A stretch of DNA of 64,000 bases from Octopus vulgaris (Eukaryota): the NCBI GenBank assembly GCA_951406725.2, contig OX597815.1:37448001-37512000 (forward strand), in the 5' to 3' direction. The position numbers were made by a program, and so were the translations under genes. A model generated the notes under the pieces. It ran no database searches. It had not been told where the DNA came from and saw nothing but the letters and a program-made list of their open reading frames with translations. Positions within the stretch are counted from its first letter, which is position 1. Every line of letters starts with the position of its first letter. Of the stretch, positions 52,015 through 64,000 are shown piece by piece.

Positions 52015-52486
52015 CAGTCTGAGACGCATCATGGATATCAAGTGGACCTGCCGAATCACCAACACTGAAATTATCAAGCGCACCGAGACATCCGCATATT
52101 CACTCTGCACCAGCAGCGCCATCTGTGATGACTCGGTTATGTTTATTGCATGCCGGACGGGAGGACCCCAAAACAACACCTGTATGGGGAATTGGCCACC
52201 GGCACAAGAGCCGAAGTCAATAGATATGGACGTTATGAGATGGGTGAGGATCGCAAATGATCACCAACGCCGGAGACAAATACTACGCAAGGGGATGGAG
52301 CTAGGGAAAGAGAAACTGGAACTTGCCACGAGAGAAAAGTGCACTCTAAGAAAGGAAACGTTAGTAAGGCAGGTGAAGCGCTTCTTCAAATACACTCGCT
52401 GCCACAGCAGACGCTGTACGACCCTCAGGAGCTGATACAAATTCTCTAGATGCAGATCCAGGGTCTCTCCAGACCAACGGGTGCCT

Positions 52487-52490
<4 letters not shown>
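52015..52490 (+). mobile_element. RTE-like LINE 3' fragment
   Basis: LRRIMDIKWTCRITNTEII...LGYVYCMPDGRTPKQHLYGELATG. Confidence 0.8.
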
Positions 52491-52574
<84 letters not shown>

Positions 52575-52654
52575 TGTATGTGTGTGCGTGTACGTGTGCA
52601 CGCATGTGTGTTTATTCGTGTGTGTGCTTTGAGTATGTATGTCCCTTTCTTGTA

Positions 52655-53720
52655 CAGTACCGTGCAGAAGTCTTCGGCCACATTAAACTATTATAAATGT
52701 CTACTAATTACCAACTGAGTGCATGTTTCGCATTGCGGTCTTTACTGAGGACACGTACATATGATTAGGTATGGATTCATTTCCATACATAATAATTATA
52801 TTTTGTAGTAGGGGTTTTAAATAAGAGGGGAAGATGCGATACGACCACCAAAAATGGCCGTGAAAAAGTTTTCGGCCACCTCACATAAACCAATTATGTT
52901 ACAGCGTTTTAAAACAGAAAATGTCTATAATGAAACTTTATAATATAATGTTCCTTTTAAGAAGTTATTGTACATTGATAATGGTTCGTGTGTTTTTCTT
53001 TAGCTTGAATAATTGCTTCAATGCGACTGGGAAGAGATGCCCTTCACCATCTTCACATGTATGAGATGCCATTTTCTGTGGCTGAGCTCTCACAACTCTT
53101 CAAGATTGCGTGGATTCTTCTGACGAACTCTTGTCCTTAGTTCTGTCCACATTTGCCCGATGATATTTAAGTCAGGGCTCTGAGCTGGCCAATCTTTCAA
53201 TACAGTAACACCATCAGCAGTGAGACTCTGTTGTGTTGCCCGCAATCTGTGGCATGGAACTTCGTCATGCCGAAAAAAACTCAACTTCATTCAAGTCTGG
53301 TATCAAATTGTCCTTCAGCAACTGGATGATTTCGGCACTATTCAAGTTACCGTCAATTTTAACCAACTTTCTCGAACCAGCACTTTTTATGTATCCCCAA
53401 AGCATCAGACTCTTACTCCCAAACTTCACTGTTTTTGTCGTATAACGTGGTTTGTTTCACTTTCTAATAATATACTGTGTATATTCTCACAAAACCTTTT
53501 AGTTTAGGGCTACAATAAACCATTGCAGATTCCGACTGAAACATGAATATACCAATGATCGTCGCACACCAGTTTCACACCACCGTGATCTTTAGGCAAG
53601 AACTCGCTTGAAGTAGTTTACAGCGGCGAGAAACTCGAGTCATGAGTTAAAAATTTAAGTTTCAGTAACCCATATCATCCACATTATGTATTTAGCACTG
53701 TTTTTTCATTCGTTAGACAT
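52655..53720 (-). mobile_element. Tc1-like transposon remnant
   Basis: Terminus TA|CAGTACCGTGCAGAAGTCTTCGGCCAC with an inner repeat at about 52863. Peptide LKDWPAQSPDLNII. The second TIR was not found. Confidence 0.8.
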
Positions 53721-54515
53721 AATTCAACTTTCATATATGTGTATACGTGTATACGTGCATACGTCCACATACTAGAATTATATACAAACACATCCGCTAC
53801 ACTTTTGCTTGATTGCCAGTATTTATATTTACAAAAGATGGCGGTCTGGAAGAATCGTTAGTACACCGTTAGCGGCATTTCATCCGCATTTACGTTTTGA
53901 GTTAGAATTTAGCTGAGGCTAACTTTGCTTTTCATCCTTTAGGGCAGTATAATCGGCTTTCCGCTTCTCCCAAAATTGCCGGCCTTGTACCAAAATTTGA
54001 AACCAATATTTACATTTATTAATACGTAAATAACGTATATTATATATCATAAGTAAATAACATATATCATATTCTTCATAATAAATCGGTTGAAAATCAT
54101 CATGGACGATCCATCGTGTTGGGTGGAGTATCAGAAATAAATATATTTTTTTCACTGGGTTCTCTCCTTAGCTGTTCCAGTCCATCTGAGAGCATCAGTT
54201 AACGATGTCATTTTACGTTTAGCCACAGCCTAGCATCTAACACAGAATCTACACTCGTTTCATTTACAACTAAACTAATTGTAAAAACACTTGTTTTGGC
54301 AACTGAGTTCCTACCGTTCGCTGGACATAACCATATAGCAGAAGTTTTGCTACAATAAAAGCTCTTTCATATTAAAGACCTTTCGTTTCTTCTAGGATAA
54401 GGATGTTCTTCCCTTGAGCTTTCGATGACATCTTCAAGATATGTCTCAAATGTCTCTCTATAAACACATACCTCCAACAACAGCAGAAACAGCAACAACA
54501 ACAACATTACTACAT

Positions 54516-54950
54516 CAAATATTCTGCTCCGTACCACAGGTTTGCTTGTCAGTTGTTTGACATACCAAGTTGAGCATATCCCTTAGTGGCTGACGATATG
54601 TGCATCTCTGATCACGAGCAGAAGTAGTGGAGCAGCATCATAGCAATGTGTTGAGAGGGATTCTTTGGGGTTTAGATAATTCACCTTGGGAAACATAGGT
54701 GTTTCGTTCTACATCCTTAAACATCCCACATTCAGGGACGTTTTGAGCGGGATGGGCTACGCGAGCTGAAGAAAATTTTAGCTGGGCCCCATCTGCAAGG
54801 TCATGCGCTGTTAATCTTGATATGAGATTACCATGTCACGCACATATGGCTATGAGGCATGTGTCTGGTGTACCATATGAGGTTGGTAGTCATTATGGGT
54901 ACACTGAGCTTCGTATATTTTACCCCAGTGTCACTTTGATAGCACGCACT
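54516..54950 (+). repeat. Non-coding repeat module, copy 2
   Basis: Reverse-complement homologue of 15387-15785. Confidence 0.85.
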
Positions 54951-55295
54951 CCTGATGTAGCCATACCAAATGACATTGTGGGTTAGAGGTTGAACAGATC
55001 ACCAAGTACTACAAATTGAAAGTGGAAATGGCAGGACTATAGAATGCGAGAGGGTAATGTAAAAGTGATACCAGTGGTGATCGGAGCGTTGGGCTCAATA
55101 CCATTGAAACTTCAAGACCCCTTAATGCAACTGGAAATCTCATGCCAGATTGATGTCTTGCAAAAGCAGCCTTATTGGGCACTGCACATCTTAAGGAAAG
55201 TATTATCTGTCTGAGGTTCTTGTTGTTACTTGACAGATGACTAAAGACTTCGGTGCATCTTACCTACACTCTGTTACGTAGGAATAATAATAATA

Positions 55296-55381
<86 letters not shown>
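54951..55381 (+). mobile_element. R4/Dong-like non-LTR 3' end with (TAA)n tail
   Basis: DVAIPND...ITKYYKLKVEM...VKVIPVVIGALGSIP...LQK.ALLGTAH.LRKVL, then a UTR and (TAA)n. Confidence 0.85.
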
Positions 55382-55382
55382 T

Positions 55383-55593
55383 GTTTCTACTAAATGCACA
55401 AGGCCTGAAATGTTTTGGTGTAGGAGACTAGTCGATTAGATCGACTCCAGTGTTCCACTGGTACTTCATTTATCGACCCCGAAAGGATGAAAGGCAAAGT
55501 CGACCTCGGTGGAATTTGAACTCAATGCAAGGACGGAAGAAATGCCGCAAAGCATTTTGCCCGGCATGCTAATGATTCTGCGAGCTCGCCCCT
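55383..55593 (-). mobile_element. SINE family A variant
   Basis: atcgaccccgaaaggatgaaaggcaaagtcgacctcggtggaatttgaactca. Confidence 0.88.
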
Positions 55594-55599
55594 TTTTTG

Positions 55600-56330
55600 G
55601 CATCCTTTGCACATCAAGTGACTTACAAAGAATACCTTAATTGTTATCTATATCTCCTGAATATCAAATAGGTCTTGCTTTTCCTGCAGTCCTTATTGAT
55701 TGTACTACCCAGGTAGGAAAATCAGCTTACTATTATCATTCTTGGTATAAGCTAACGATAGGCTCAGATCATGTCACTTGGTTCTAACCAGGACTTGGCT
55801 TACTGATATTAATGTTCGAGCATTAGTTTTGAACCGTAACACCTTGGACAAATTGACATCTTGTCTTGTCTGTATGTACACACTATCTTATCAAGCAAAT
55901 TAGGTGCAGTACTGTGGCTCGCTCGCGTGTCATGAACCATCATGCCAGTAATGTAGGCGTTGTATAATATTGATGAACTTTTCTGGTTTTTGAAACCTTG
56001 TGGGTATCTGCCATAGGGCTAGTCTGTTTGCTAAGTCAAATGCCTTCATGAAATCAAGGAAACTTCATAAAATACCTTGTTTATCTCGGCACGTTTCTTC
56101 AGAATATTTCTGATGCAGAACATCATAATGATGACGCCTGTTCTCTATTTGAATCTTCATTGGGTCTCAGCTAAAATTGTGATTTTCTCATTCCGCCTAT
56201 AAATCCAAAATTTTGTGAGGTTCTTAACAATAACAAGTTAAGAAGTGCCTCGCTAATTCCTACATTCATTCTTGTTAACTTCATGAATATAAGGATAATG
56301 ATAGTATATTTCCTGTCACTTGGGATATGA
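55600..56330 (-). pseudogene. Highly degraded RTE-like RT remnant
   Basis: ILAETQ*RF, MFCIRNILKK, KAFDLANRLALWQI..PEKFINII and YLGSTIN. Confidence 0.6.
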
Positions 56331-56689
56331 CAAACATTCCATTATTCCATTATAGTAGTATACACTGTTGAAGACATCTAATGTGTTTATTTTCTCAATA
56401 TTTATACACTTCAGCCTTACTCATCACTGACAGAGAAAAATCTGTGATTAAAGGTATTACAGCTATGATCATATAACTTTTTACTATTGACATTGTGAAT
56501 CTAGGACTACACTAGCAAATGTGTACTTCCTATTTTTTGATAGCTGGGCGTAATTTGAAGGAAATGTGACTGCTGTTTCGAACAAATGTTTGAGAGATAT
56601 TTTACAAATATGGCTGTGTGATTGGGGAGCCCACCTTGTAACCACGTGGTTTCGGATTACGTACACTTACTTTGTCCTCCTCTCTCATC

Positions 56690-56870
56690 CGCTTGACAAA
56701 CGGTGTTTATGTACGCTCCTCATAACTTACCGGTCGGCATAAGAGACTGATAAACTAAGTGTCAGACTTTAATATAAGTACTGGGATCGATTTGTTCGAC
56801 TAAACTTTTAAAGGCTACGCCCTAGCATGGTCGCAGACGGTTGACTGAAATAAGAAAGAGGTAAAAGATG
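56690..56870 (+). mobile_element. Old SINE family B 3' half
   Basis: gcttgacaaacggtg...gatcgatttgttcgactaa...gactgaaataag. Confidence 0.65.
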
Positions 56871-57765
56871 AATGAATGTTAAAAATAAAAATTGGAATCC
56901 CTTATGAGTTTTCGTATTCCTATATGATAAGGATCAAAGTGTAAATACCTTAGAAAATGGACACTAAATATTACTATTACTCACATTAGGAAACATTCAG
57001 GGGCGTAATACATATCGACCACAACAACGAAATTTGAACTCGTAAGTCTGAGGATGTCAAGAGAGAAAATAAATATGAGAATTTATTTAATCAAGAACTC
57101 TTTGATAGCCAGCTTTGCAACAAACAATTTTTCGATTATGGAGATTCAAAGTTTAAAATGAAATTTATTTCCCATCCAACACAGAAAAAGTGATTTTATG
57201 AAATTACTCTCTTCTAATTCTAAAAAAAAAATTATGTTTTTATGATTTGTTGGCAGTTAATTGCTGTCTCGAGCGAATTGTAGCCTTCGATGATTCCATT
57301 ATATTTGTAGTTGGATTTAAAGTATTAGAACGCACACATAGCTTGTTAACAGGAATTCAATTCCAGCAAATATTTTGAGGATTAGCTAAGTCAATTTTTA
57401 AAAAATAATAACTTAAAAAGGTTAGCGGAATCACCATGAAAACCAATAAAAAATTCCAAAAAAATTTTCCCAAATTTCTAATGAAACTTTAATGTCAAGA
57501 TAAAAGGGGTGAATATTTGAGGTTTAATTACATGCCTGTTGTCCCCTGATATGAAGCACATATTAGTGATATGGTAGAGAAACAAAATTGTTTCTCCAGA
57601 CATTAAATATAATGCTGTGACAATACTTTTTGAAAATATCACATGAAATTATGCAACAGACGAAAAGTCAATACATTTTTGTTACATATATACATGTATG
57701 CATACATATACGCATGCCAGCAGGCAACTAGTATGTATGTATGTATGTATGTATGTATGTATATA

Positions 57766-59995
57766 TGTAATTGTTCAGTTTTATTTCGAAATTTCTTACC
57801 AATGGAGAAAGGGCCGGTTTCTAACCTCGATGCTCCTTCATTGGAATTTCAACAATATCAACAGGATATATTTGTATGTATATGTGCAAATTTGTATGTT
57901 TTGTTTTATTTATGTATTCTCATGCATGTAGTTGAAGGTCTAGACATGCATATATGTATTTAAATGATAAACTTCTGGAAAGTTTTACAGATCTTTACAG
58001 TTCCAGTGATCTTTAGTCTTTGAATCAGCTTTCTCCCTTCTAGTTTTGAGAAGCCTGATTTCTCAAGATTGGTATTTAGGCAGTGTGTCCCACTGTCCTA
58101 ATAATTACAGGTATGAACCTGAACTTGTAATTGGGATAGACCTAACCGTAGATTACTTAATTGTTCAGCGTAGGTATTTTTTCTTTCTAGCCAATTTTTA
58201 GCTTTATGTTAACACCCACTGAGCAGCTGATTCTCTTCTCTATCCCAAATCACTATGATAGGTATATTAGGTTTAAATTTTATTGAGGTTTTCACGAGAA
58301 CATTCCACCAGTAATCCTTTTTATTATGAGTGGCTATGGCTTCTGTCATACTGCGGCTTCTTATTTCTTTGGCCATGGGGTTATCCTTCCGACAGATCAC
58401 ATTATACAGTGTCCTAGCTACAACATCATGTTTCATCAGTAGATGATAATGTAATGACATTTTCAGAGAACTGCTTATGACGTAGGTGATATCTTCGGTG
58501 TTAACTCCACAAAGTCTGCATCAGTTATCACATTTTGCTGTTTTTTCAGCGTCTCTGTCTCTTTGCTGCATCATGTATTTGGCTGATATTTCCTGTTCCT
58601 GGATTGCAAACACCTAGTGGGTGGGGGGTAGTTGGTCCATGAAAGGCTGCTTTGATGATCAGTATTACTATCATCTCGGAGCTTTCTACTTGCATATCCA
58701 TGCATGGTCTTCTGCTCATATACGCTCATCCTTTCATCTGATATGTTGCGATAGAGTTGTGCAACTTCTGTGGGCATGTATTTAAAATTATCGGACAAGG
58801 AATGCTGGTCAAGGACATGCTTTCCAAATCTTATGATGCTATCAGCTTCATGTATGCAAACTTGATCAAGAGTTGCATTTTGACACTTGGTGGTTAAAAG
58901 ATGTTGCCAAAGGGATATGATACGACATTCAAAGGCAGTCTGGACTGATGTTAAGCTAATGTCGCCTTGTTTTCGTTGTAGTTAGAGGCAGTCGACATCA
59001 CTGTTCAGGTGGAGATTATGTGTGCTGGTTAGTATCTTCTGGGTTTTTGCATCAATAGCTCGGATCTCATCAAGCAGCCCAAATATTGGTATGAGTACTT
59101 GCTGGCACTGCAAACACACAGTGAGTCACGGTTTTATTGAATGCAGGTAGTTCCGAGGTCCATAGTTTTTAATTTGGCTGTAATATTCTTAGAGACACGT
59201 TTTTTGTTTACTACAGATGCCTTTGTAAGGTATGTTTTCATCCACTCCTACACACCTGTAACATCCCTCGTCATACAGAGGAACAAGTTAAGCCATTGAT
59301 GGAACTGTTGCTTGTCTTTTCACAACCATATAGCAACATTTATCCTGACCTAAATCCAACGCTATATCCTTTGAAGATGTTGTAACCAAGCCAGGGCTCT
59401 TTTTCATCTCATGCATATTCTTGGCATATAGTTTCAAGTCATCCACAAAGAATAAGTGTGTAATTTTGGTATTTCTGTTTCCTTGTGAACATGTGAGACA
59501 TCCTTCAGACTTTCTTAACAGGAATGACAAGGGGTTTACAGAAAGTATAACCATCACAGAGAGTCTGTCCTCTTGGAATATGTCTTTGCGATACTGTATT
59601 ATATCAGTGAGAATACAATCATTCCTTGTGTTTAATTTCAAGATGGTGGCCCACGATGAAGTCAGGTCTGCTATGGCTTTGAATATGCTCACTGGCCATT
59701 TAGCATATCGAAGGGCTTCTAGTATCCATGAATGGGGAACAGAATCAAAGGCTTTCTTGTAGTCTAGCCACATTGAAACTAGGTTCCTTCTATTCCTCTG
59801 CACGTCTGACATTACAGTTTTGTTTATTAAAAATTGCTCAGCAAATCTCCAGCCTCGCTTCTTCCCAACTGATTGTTCTGCTGTGATGATGTTATTATAT
59901 CACAATAGTTTTGGAGGAAGAGGTTCAAACATGCTGTACATAATTTATACATTAAGTTCGAGCATGTAATTGGCCAGTAGGTGTTTGCGATGGGA
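57766..59995 (-). mobile_element. 5'-truncated R4/Dong-like non-LTR element (RT, zinc knuckle, RLE), disrupted, flanked by (TATG)n
   Basis: YWPITCSNLMYKL, MWLDYKKAFDSVPHSWI, IFQED.LS, HLFFVDDLKLY, CRLCG, KHDVVARTLY and WWNV..KT. Confidence 0.9.
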
Positions 59996-60689
59996 AGGGG
60001 TTCTGCATATGGGGTTTCGTTTTCTATGTATGTATGTATGTATGTATGTATGTATGTATGTATGTATGTATGTATGTATGTATGTGTGAGTGTGTGTGTG
60101 AGTGACTGTGTGTAATTGATTCTACTAGGGCACACACATGCACACACACGCGCACATTTATGCACACACACGCACACACACGCACATTCATACACACACA
60201 CATACTTACATATGCATATATATTGCACCTCCCTGTAGTACTTTGAAAAAGAGGTGAAGTGGAGCGGTCAAGTTCCGATTATGTCTGTGAGATAAGGGGC
60301 ACAACTCTAGAAGCACGAGTCCTTACTTAACCGTTGAATAATATATGCGTAAGTATACCCCATCCACTTTACAATAAAAACAAGAATGCTTAAGAAGCCA
60401 ATGAAATCAAAAACAAATATTGGAAATACAAAAGAAAAAAAAGATAAGAGCCTTTAATGGAGTCCGTTCTGTTGCAAGCGTTCGGCAATTTCCGTAATCC
60501 AGTACTCCATCACCCCATACACTTCCCTGCAGTTTGAAATCCCTTTGCTAATTCTACACCCTCTTTTCAAACATAGGAGGATTTCTCTCCTGCCTGATCC
60601 CATATATTACCTCTCTCTCAAGCGCAAACCTCATAATCAATCTTCCTTCAAGCTGCAAAGTTCCCAGACCTATCTACCTGCAATATAAG

Positions 60690-61462
60690 CTGTAATATCA
60701 TGTGTAAATAAATATAAATGATAATATAGGATTCTATTAGTAATATATAACAACTCTTCTCCTTTATTTAAAGCTACTGATATAAAAAAAAAATATCTAA
60801 AGTAACAAAAAAATGTTCTTTATTTACTGAGTTTATCGGAGAGAAAATTCCGTAATAAATAGGAAAAGAAAATTAGAGCTACAATAACTTCAATCTATAT
60901 TACCCCATAGATATAGAGTTAGGCTATAATAGTGGATATTAAAATATTACTATTTGTTCAGATGTAACCAAATTTGAAGTAACTCAAATAAGGATTATAC
61001 GCAGTAACTAACAAGTAAATGTCCCTATATACGTATATTACGGAAGGGAGAATAAAATAAAGTAAGATAAGCAAAAACATGGAGTACCGATCCACAATAT
61101 CAATAATCAATATTATTTTTTAGATAAAGGACTATAAATAGTATATATATGTATATATCCAAATTTTATTAAATCTTTCAGAAGTAACAAAATTATATTG
61201 TTGCAATAAGAATACATGCTATAAACTATACAATACTATAATAATTATTATTAGACTTTACTGAACAGTTATTGTTAGGTTTCTCTTCATATTTATTACG
61301 GAATTCCCCCTCCGATAAACTAAGTAAATAAAGGACATATTTTTTGTTACTTTAGATAATTTTTTTTTATATCAATACCTTTAAATAAAGAAGAAGAGTT
61401 GTTATATATTACCAAAAGAATACTATATTATCATTTATATTTATTTACATGTTTTATTACAG
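60690..61462. repeat. AT-rich inverted repeat (arms ~60690-60892 and ~61262-61462)
   Basis: For example, tttatcggagagaaaattccgtaataaat pairs with atttattacggaattccccctccgataaa. Confidence 0.88.
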
Positions 61463-62088
61463 TCTCTAGATTAAGTTAATACCCTGATACTTAATTTATA
61501 TACATATATATATATATTGTTGTTGTATGTTATTATAATATCCAAAGATTGTCTTCGACCTAGGCGAATTTAGATCAGTATTATTTGAGATATATAGAAA
61601 TATATTTCGATAGTTGTAGATTATATTTACTTAATTATTTTGTCCGTTATAATTTTTTTTTATGTAATTGTTATGTACTTTTGAAGTTAACACTCAGACT
61701 CATAAGCATAGGCATTTGAATTATTTTTTTTACAATTCAGCCGTCCTTTCACACCGAATTTAGTCTATTTTTAAACCAAAGTTCTGAAGAGACTTATATA
61801 ATGGATATAAAGTATTTACAAATCGAATAATGTATATAAGCCGAAACGAATTATTGGTTCTTATGATTTTTTAATGATTTTTATGTTATGTTATATTATA
61901 TTCATAGTCTATTATGGAATCTCTATATTTAATTTATTTCTTGTAATGTGTCTTATACCCTGTTTATGTGGTATTCAACTGACGTTCCAGTGCATTGGAT
62001 GTGCTACACACCCCTTCGAAGGAATTCCTTTCCTTAGTGACGATTTTTTTCCTCCGTCTTCCTTTCTTTGGATCTTTCCTTTTCCTAT

Positions 62089-62123
62089 GTTTCTGACGAA
62101 GAGCTCCGCTCGAAACATTAAAT
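62089..62123 (+). ncRNA. Minimal hammerhead-like motif in a Penelope-type 3' end running into (TA)n
   Basis: GTTT-CTGACGA-A-GAGC tcc GCTC-GAAA-CA-TT-AAAT, about 90 bp before (TA)n at 62212-62424. Confidence 0.7.
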
Positions 62124-62208
62124 CCTCCTTCTTTCTTTCCTTTCCTGAGCGTCCAATAACACTATACGTGTTCCACGTCCTCGCGTTGTTGTGTTTTCAT
62201 GTGTGGAT

Positions 62209-62379
<171 letters not shown>

Positions 62380-62380
62380 G

Positions 62381-62426
<46 letters not shown>

Positions 62427-62431
<5 letters not shown>

Positions 62432-62895
62432 GTCAGGGTATAATATGCACTTCTTTGCTAGAAAGAAGTGCTAAAATTTTCGAAAGCCACGCATCTTACA
62501 CTATATGTAAACACCCATGGGGTATGTAACAGATATATTAAAAACTAGTCCTCCCCATTTGTAAAACCACAAAGAGCAGAGTAGATATAACAGCATCAAA
62601 TGATTTCACTTTGTGTGCCGAATGGTACTTAAAACTCATCAGCTAGGGTTACTACGTAAACTATTTTTCAAAATGTATTTACCACGGAATGGTAAGTGCT
62701 ATTCGGCACATTGAATGAACTCAATTTATACCAGGATATCTACTCTTCTCTTTGTGGTTTTACAAATGGGGAGGACTGTTCTTTAGTATACTTACTACCA
62801 TCCCCGTGCCTGTTTACAAACATTGTGAGATGCGTTTTTTTGAGAATTTTAACTCTTCTTTCTCGCAAACAAGTGGATATTGCACCCTGACTTTT
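62427..62895. repeat. ~470 bp fold-back element abutting (TA)n
   Basis: aaaagtcagggt...agtcctccccatttgtaaaaccacaaagag...tgtgccgaat pairs with attcggcaca...ctctttgtggttttacaaatggggaggact...accctgactttt. Confidence 0.9.
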
Positions 62896-62990
62896 GATAA
62901 CATATATTTTGCCTATTTTGGTTATGTTTGTTGGCCTCCTTATCATTATTCTTTTAAAGATAATGATAACTTAGTTGAATTTTGGTATAA

Positions 62991-63041
<51 letters not shown>

Positions 63042-63076
63042 TACTATTATTATTATTACTATTATCATCATCATCA

Positions 63077-63140
<64 letters not shown>

Positions 63141-63146
<6 letters not shown>

Positions 63147-63654
63147 TCGTAGCCACTTCAACATGACTGTTCAAACAGACTTTACTGCAACTTTTTAACC
63201 CCAAGAGCACTCCTCCTCTAGTTGGTTAACGATGAACACCTGCGTCCGAGATATTGCGAGCAGGGGAGAGACCCCCTACTACCTTCTAGCGACGGGACCA
63301 GCAGACAAGCCTGGTTTCGGGTTATTTCTGCCTCTCTACAGTCACCTCGCCTGCTAGAGATGCTCGCAATATATATAATTTGAAGCAACATACAGTCAAT
63401 GTTTGTGCAACAAATAAAAATGGCAGTTCTAAAGTCTCTCTAAGAGATCAATACAGTAGTTGTACTAATCAGAAGGTGGTTGGAGTTCGCTCCCCTGCTC
63501 GTAATATCTCGTTAACCAGCTAGAGGTGTCCTCCTGAGCTTAAAAACTCGCAGTAATGTCCGTTCGAACTGACAGCCATGTTGAAGTGGTTACGAACATT
63601 ACTTGTTTGTACAACTACTGCATTGATCTCTTAGATTTTAGAACTAGCATTTTT
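63141..63654. repeat. Interleaved inverted repeats A-B-A'-B'
   Basis: A 63141-63287 pairs with A' 63471-63601. B 63416-63465 pairs with B' 63609-63654. Confidence 0.85.
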
Positions 63655-63671
63655 GCTTAAATATATATGTA

Positions 63672-64000
63672 TGTGAGGTACCCAAAAGTAAGCAGAAACG
63701 TTCTCTGTTGGACAAGACCATCGTAGTTCAGGCTTGCGCCGCTAGAGGCCACTTCATGCAACATTCAGGCATCAGTACTACCGCCACGTAGTGCGTCTTT
63801 GTTTTGCCGTGCTTCTCCCCAGTTCGTCGATTTTTGTGATGGTTGAAACGAAGGAACAATATGATTCCCTCTTGTGAAGTTCTGTTTTCTGCTGGGGAAA
63901 ACGCCGGCCAAAACAGTTCTCTTGCTTCAAACAGCTTACAAGCACGCTGCCAAGAGCAAAACACAAGTTTGCGAGTTGTTTTCACGCATTAGGAACGATC
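63672..64000 (+). mobile_element. 5' part of a mariner-like element (runs off the window)
   Basis: MVETKEQ...VKFCFLLGKTPAKTVLLLQTAYKHAAKSKTQVCELFSRIRN matches a mariner N-terminal HTH. Confidence 0.75.

Noticed and set aside
54170-54460. Possible minus-strand Gypsy RT remnant
   Set aside because: There is only a vague resemblance and no diagnostic motif.

Overview
This is AT-rich, microsatellite-dense eukaryotic DNA with no recognisable host gene. The repeat content (two abundant tRNA-derived SINE families plus a heavy (TA)n/(CA)n/(TAA)n load) resembles an octopus or other cephalopod genome; that assignment is an inference. Almost all interpretable sequence is mobile DNA. It includes one 5'-truncated but stop-free Penelope-like element (RT + GIY-YIG, Neptune-like linker), several Penelope-type 3' ends, CR1-like, RTE-like, R4/Dong-like and HERO-like non-LTR fragments, mariner/Tc1, hAT, Helitron and Gypsy fossils, and many SINEs. 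The most striking feature is a set of (TA)n-associated fold-back elements, the largest a ~2.6 kb palindrome at 23091-25725. Several carry minimal type-I hammerhead ribozyme motifs, including a recurrent compensatory U3-A8 core variant (UUGACAA). All calls were made by eye without alignment tools, so boundaries are approximate unless motif coordinates are given.
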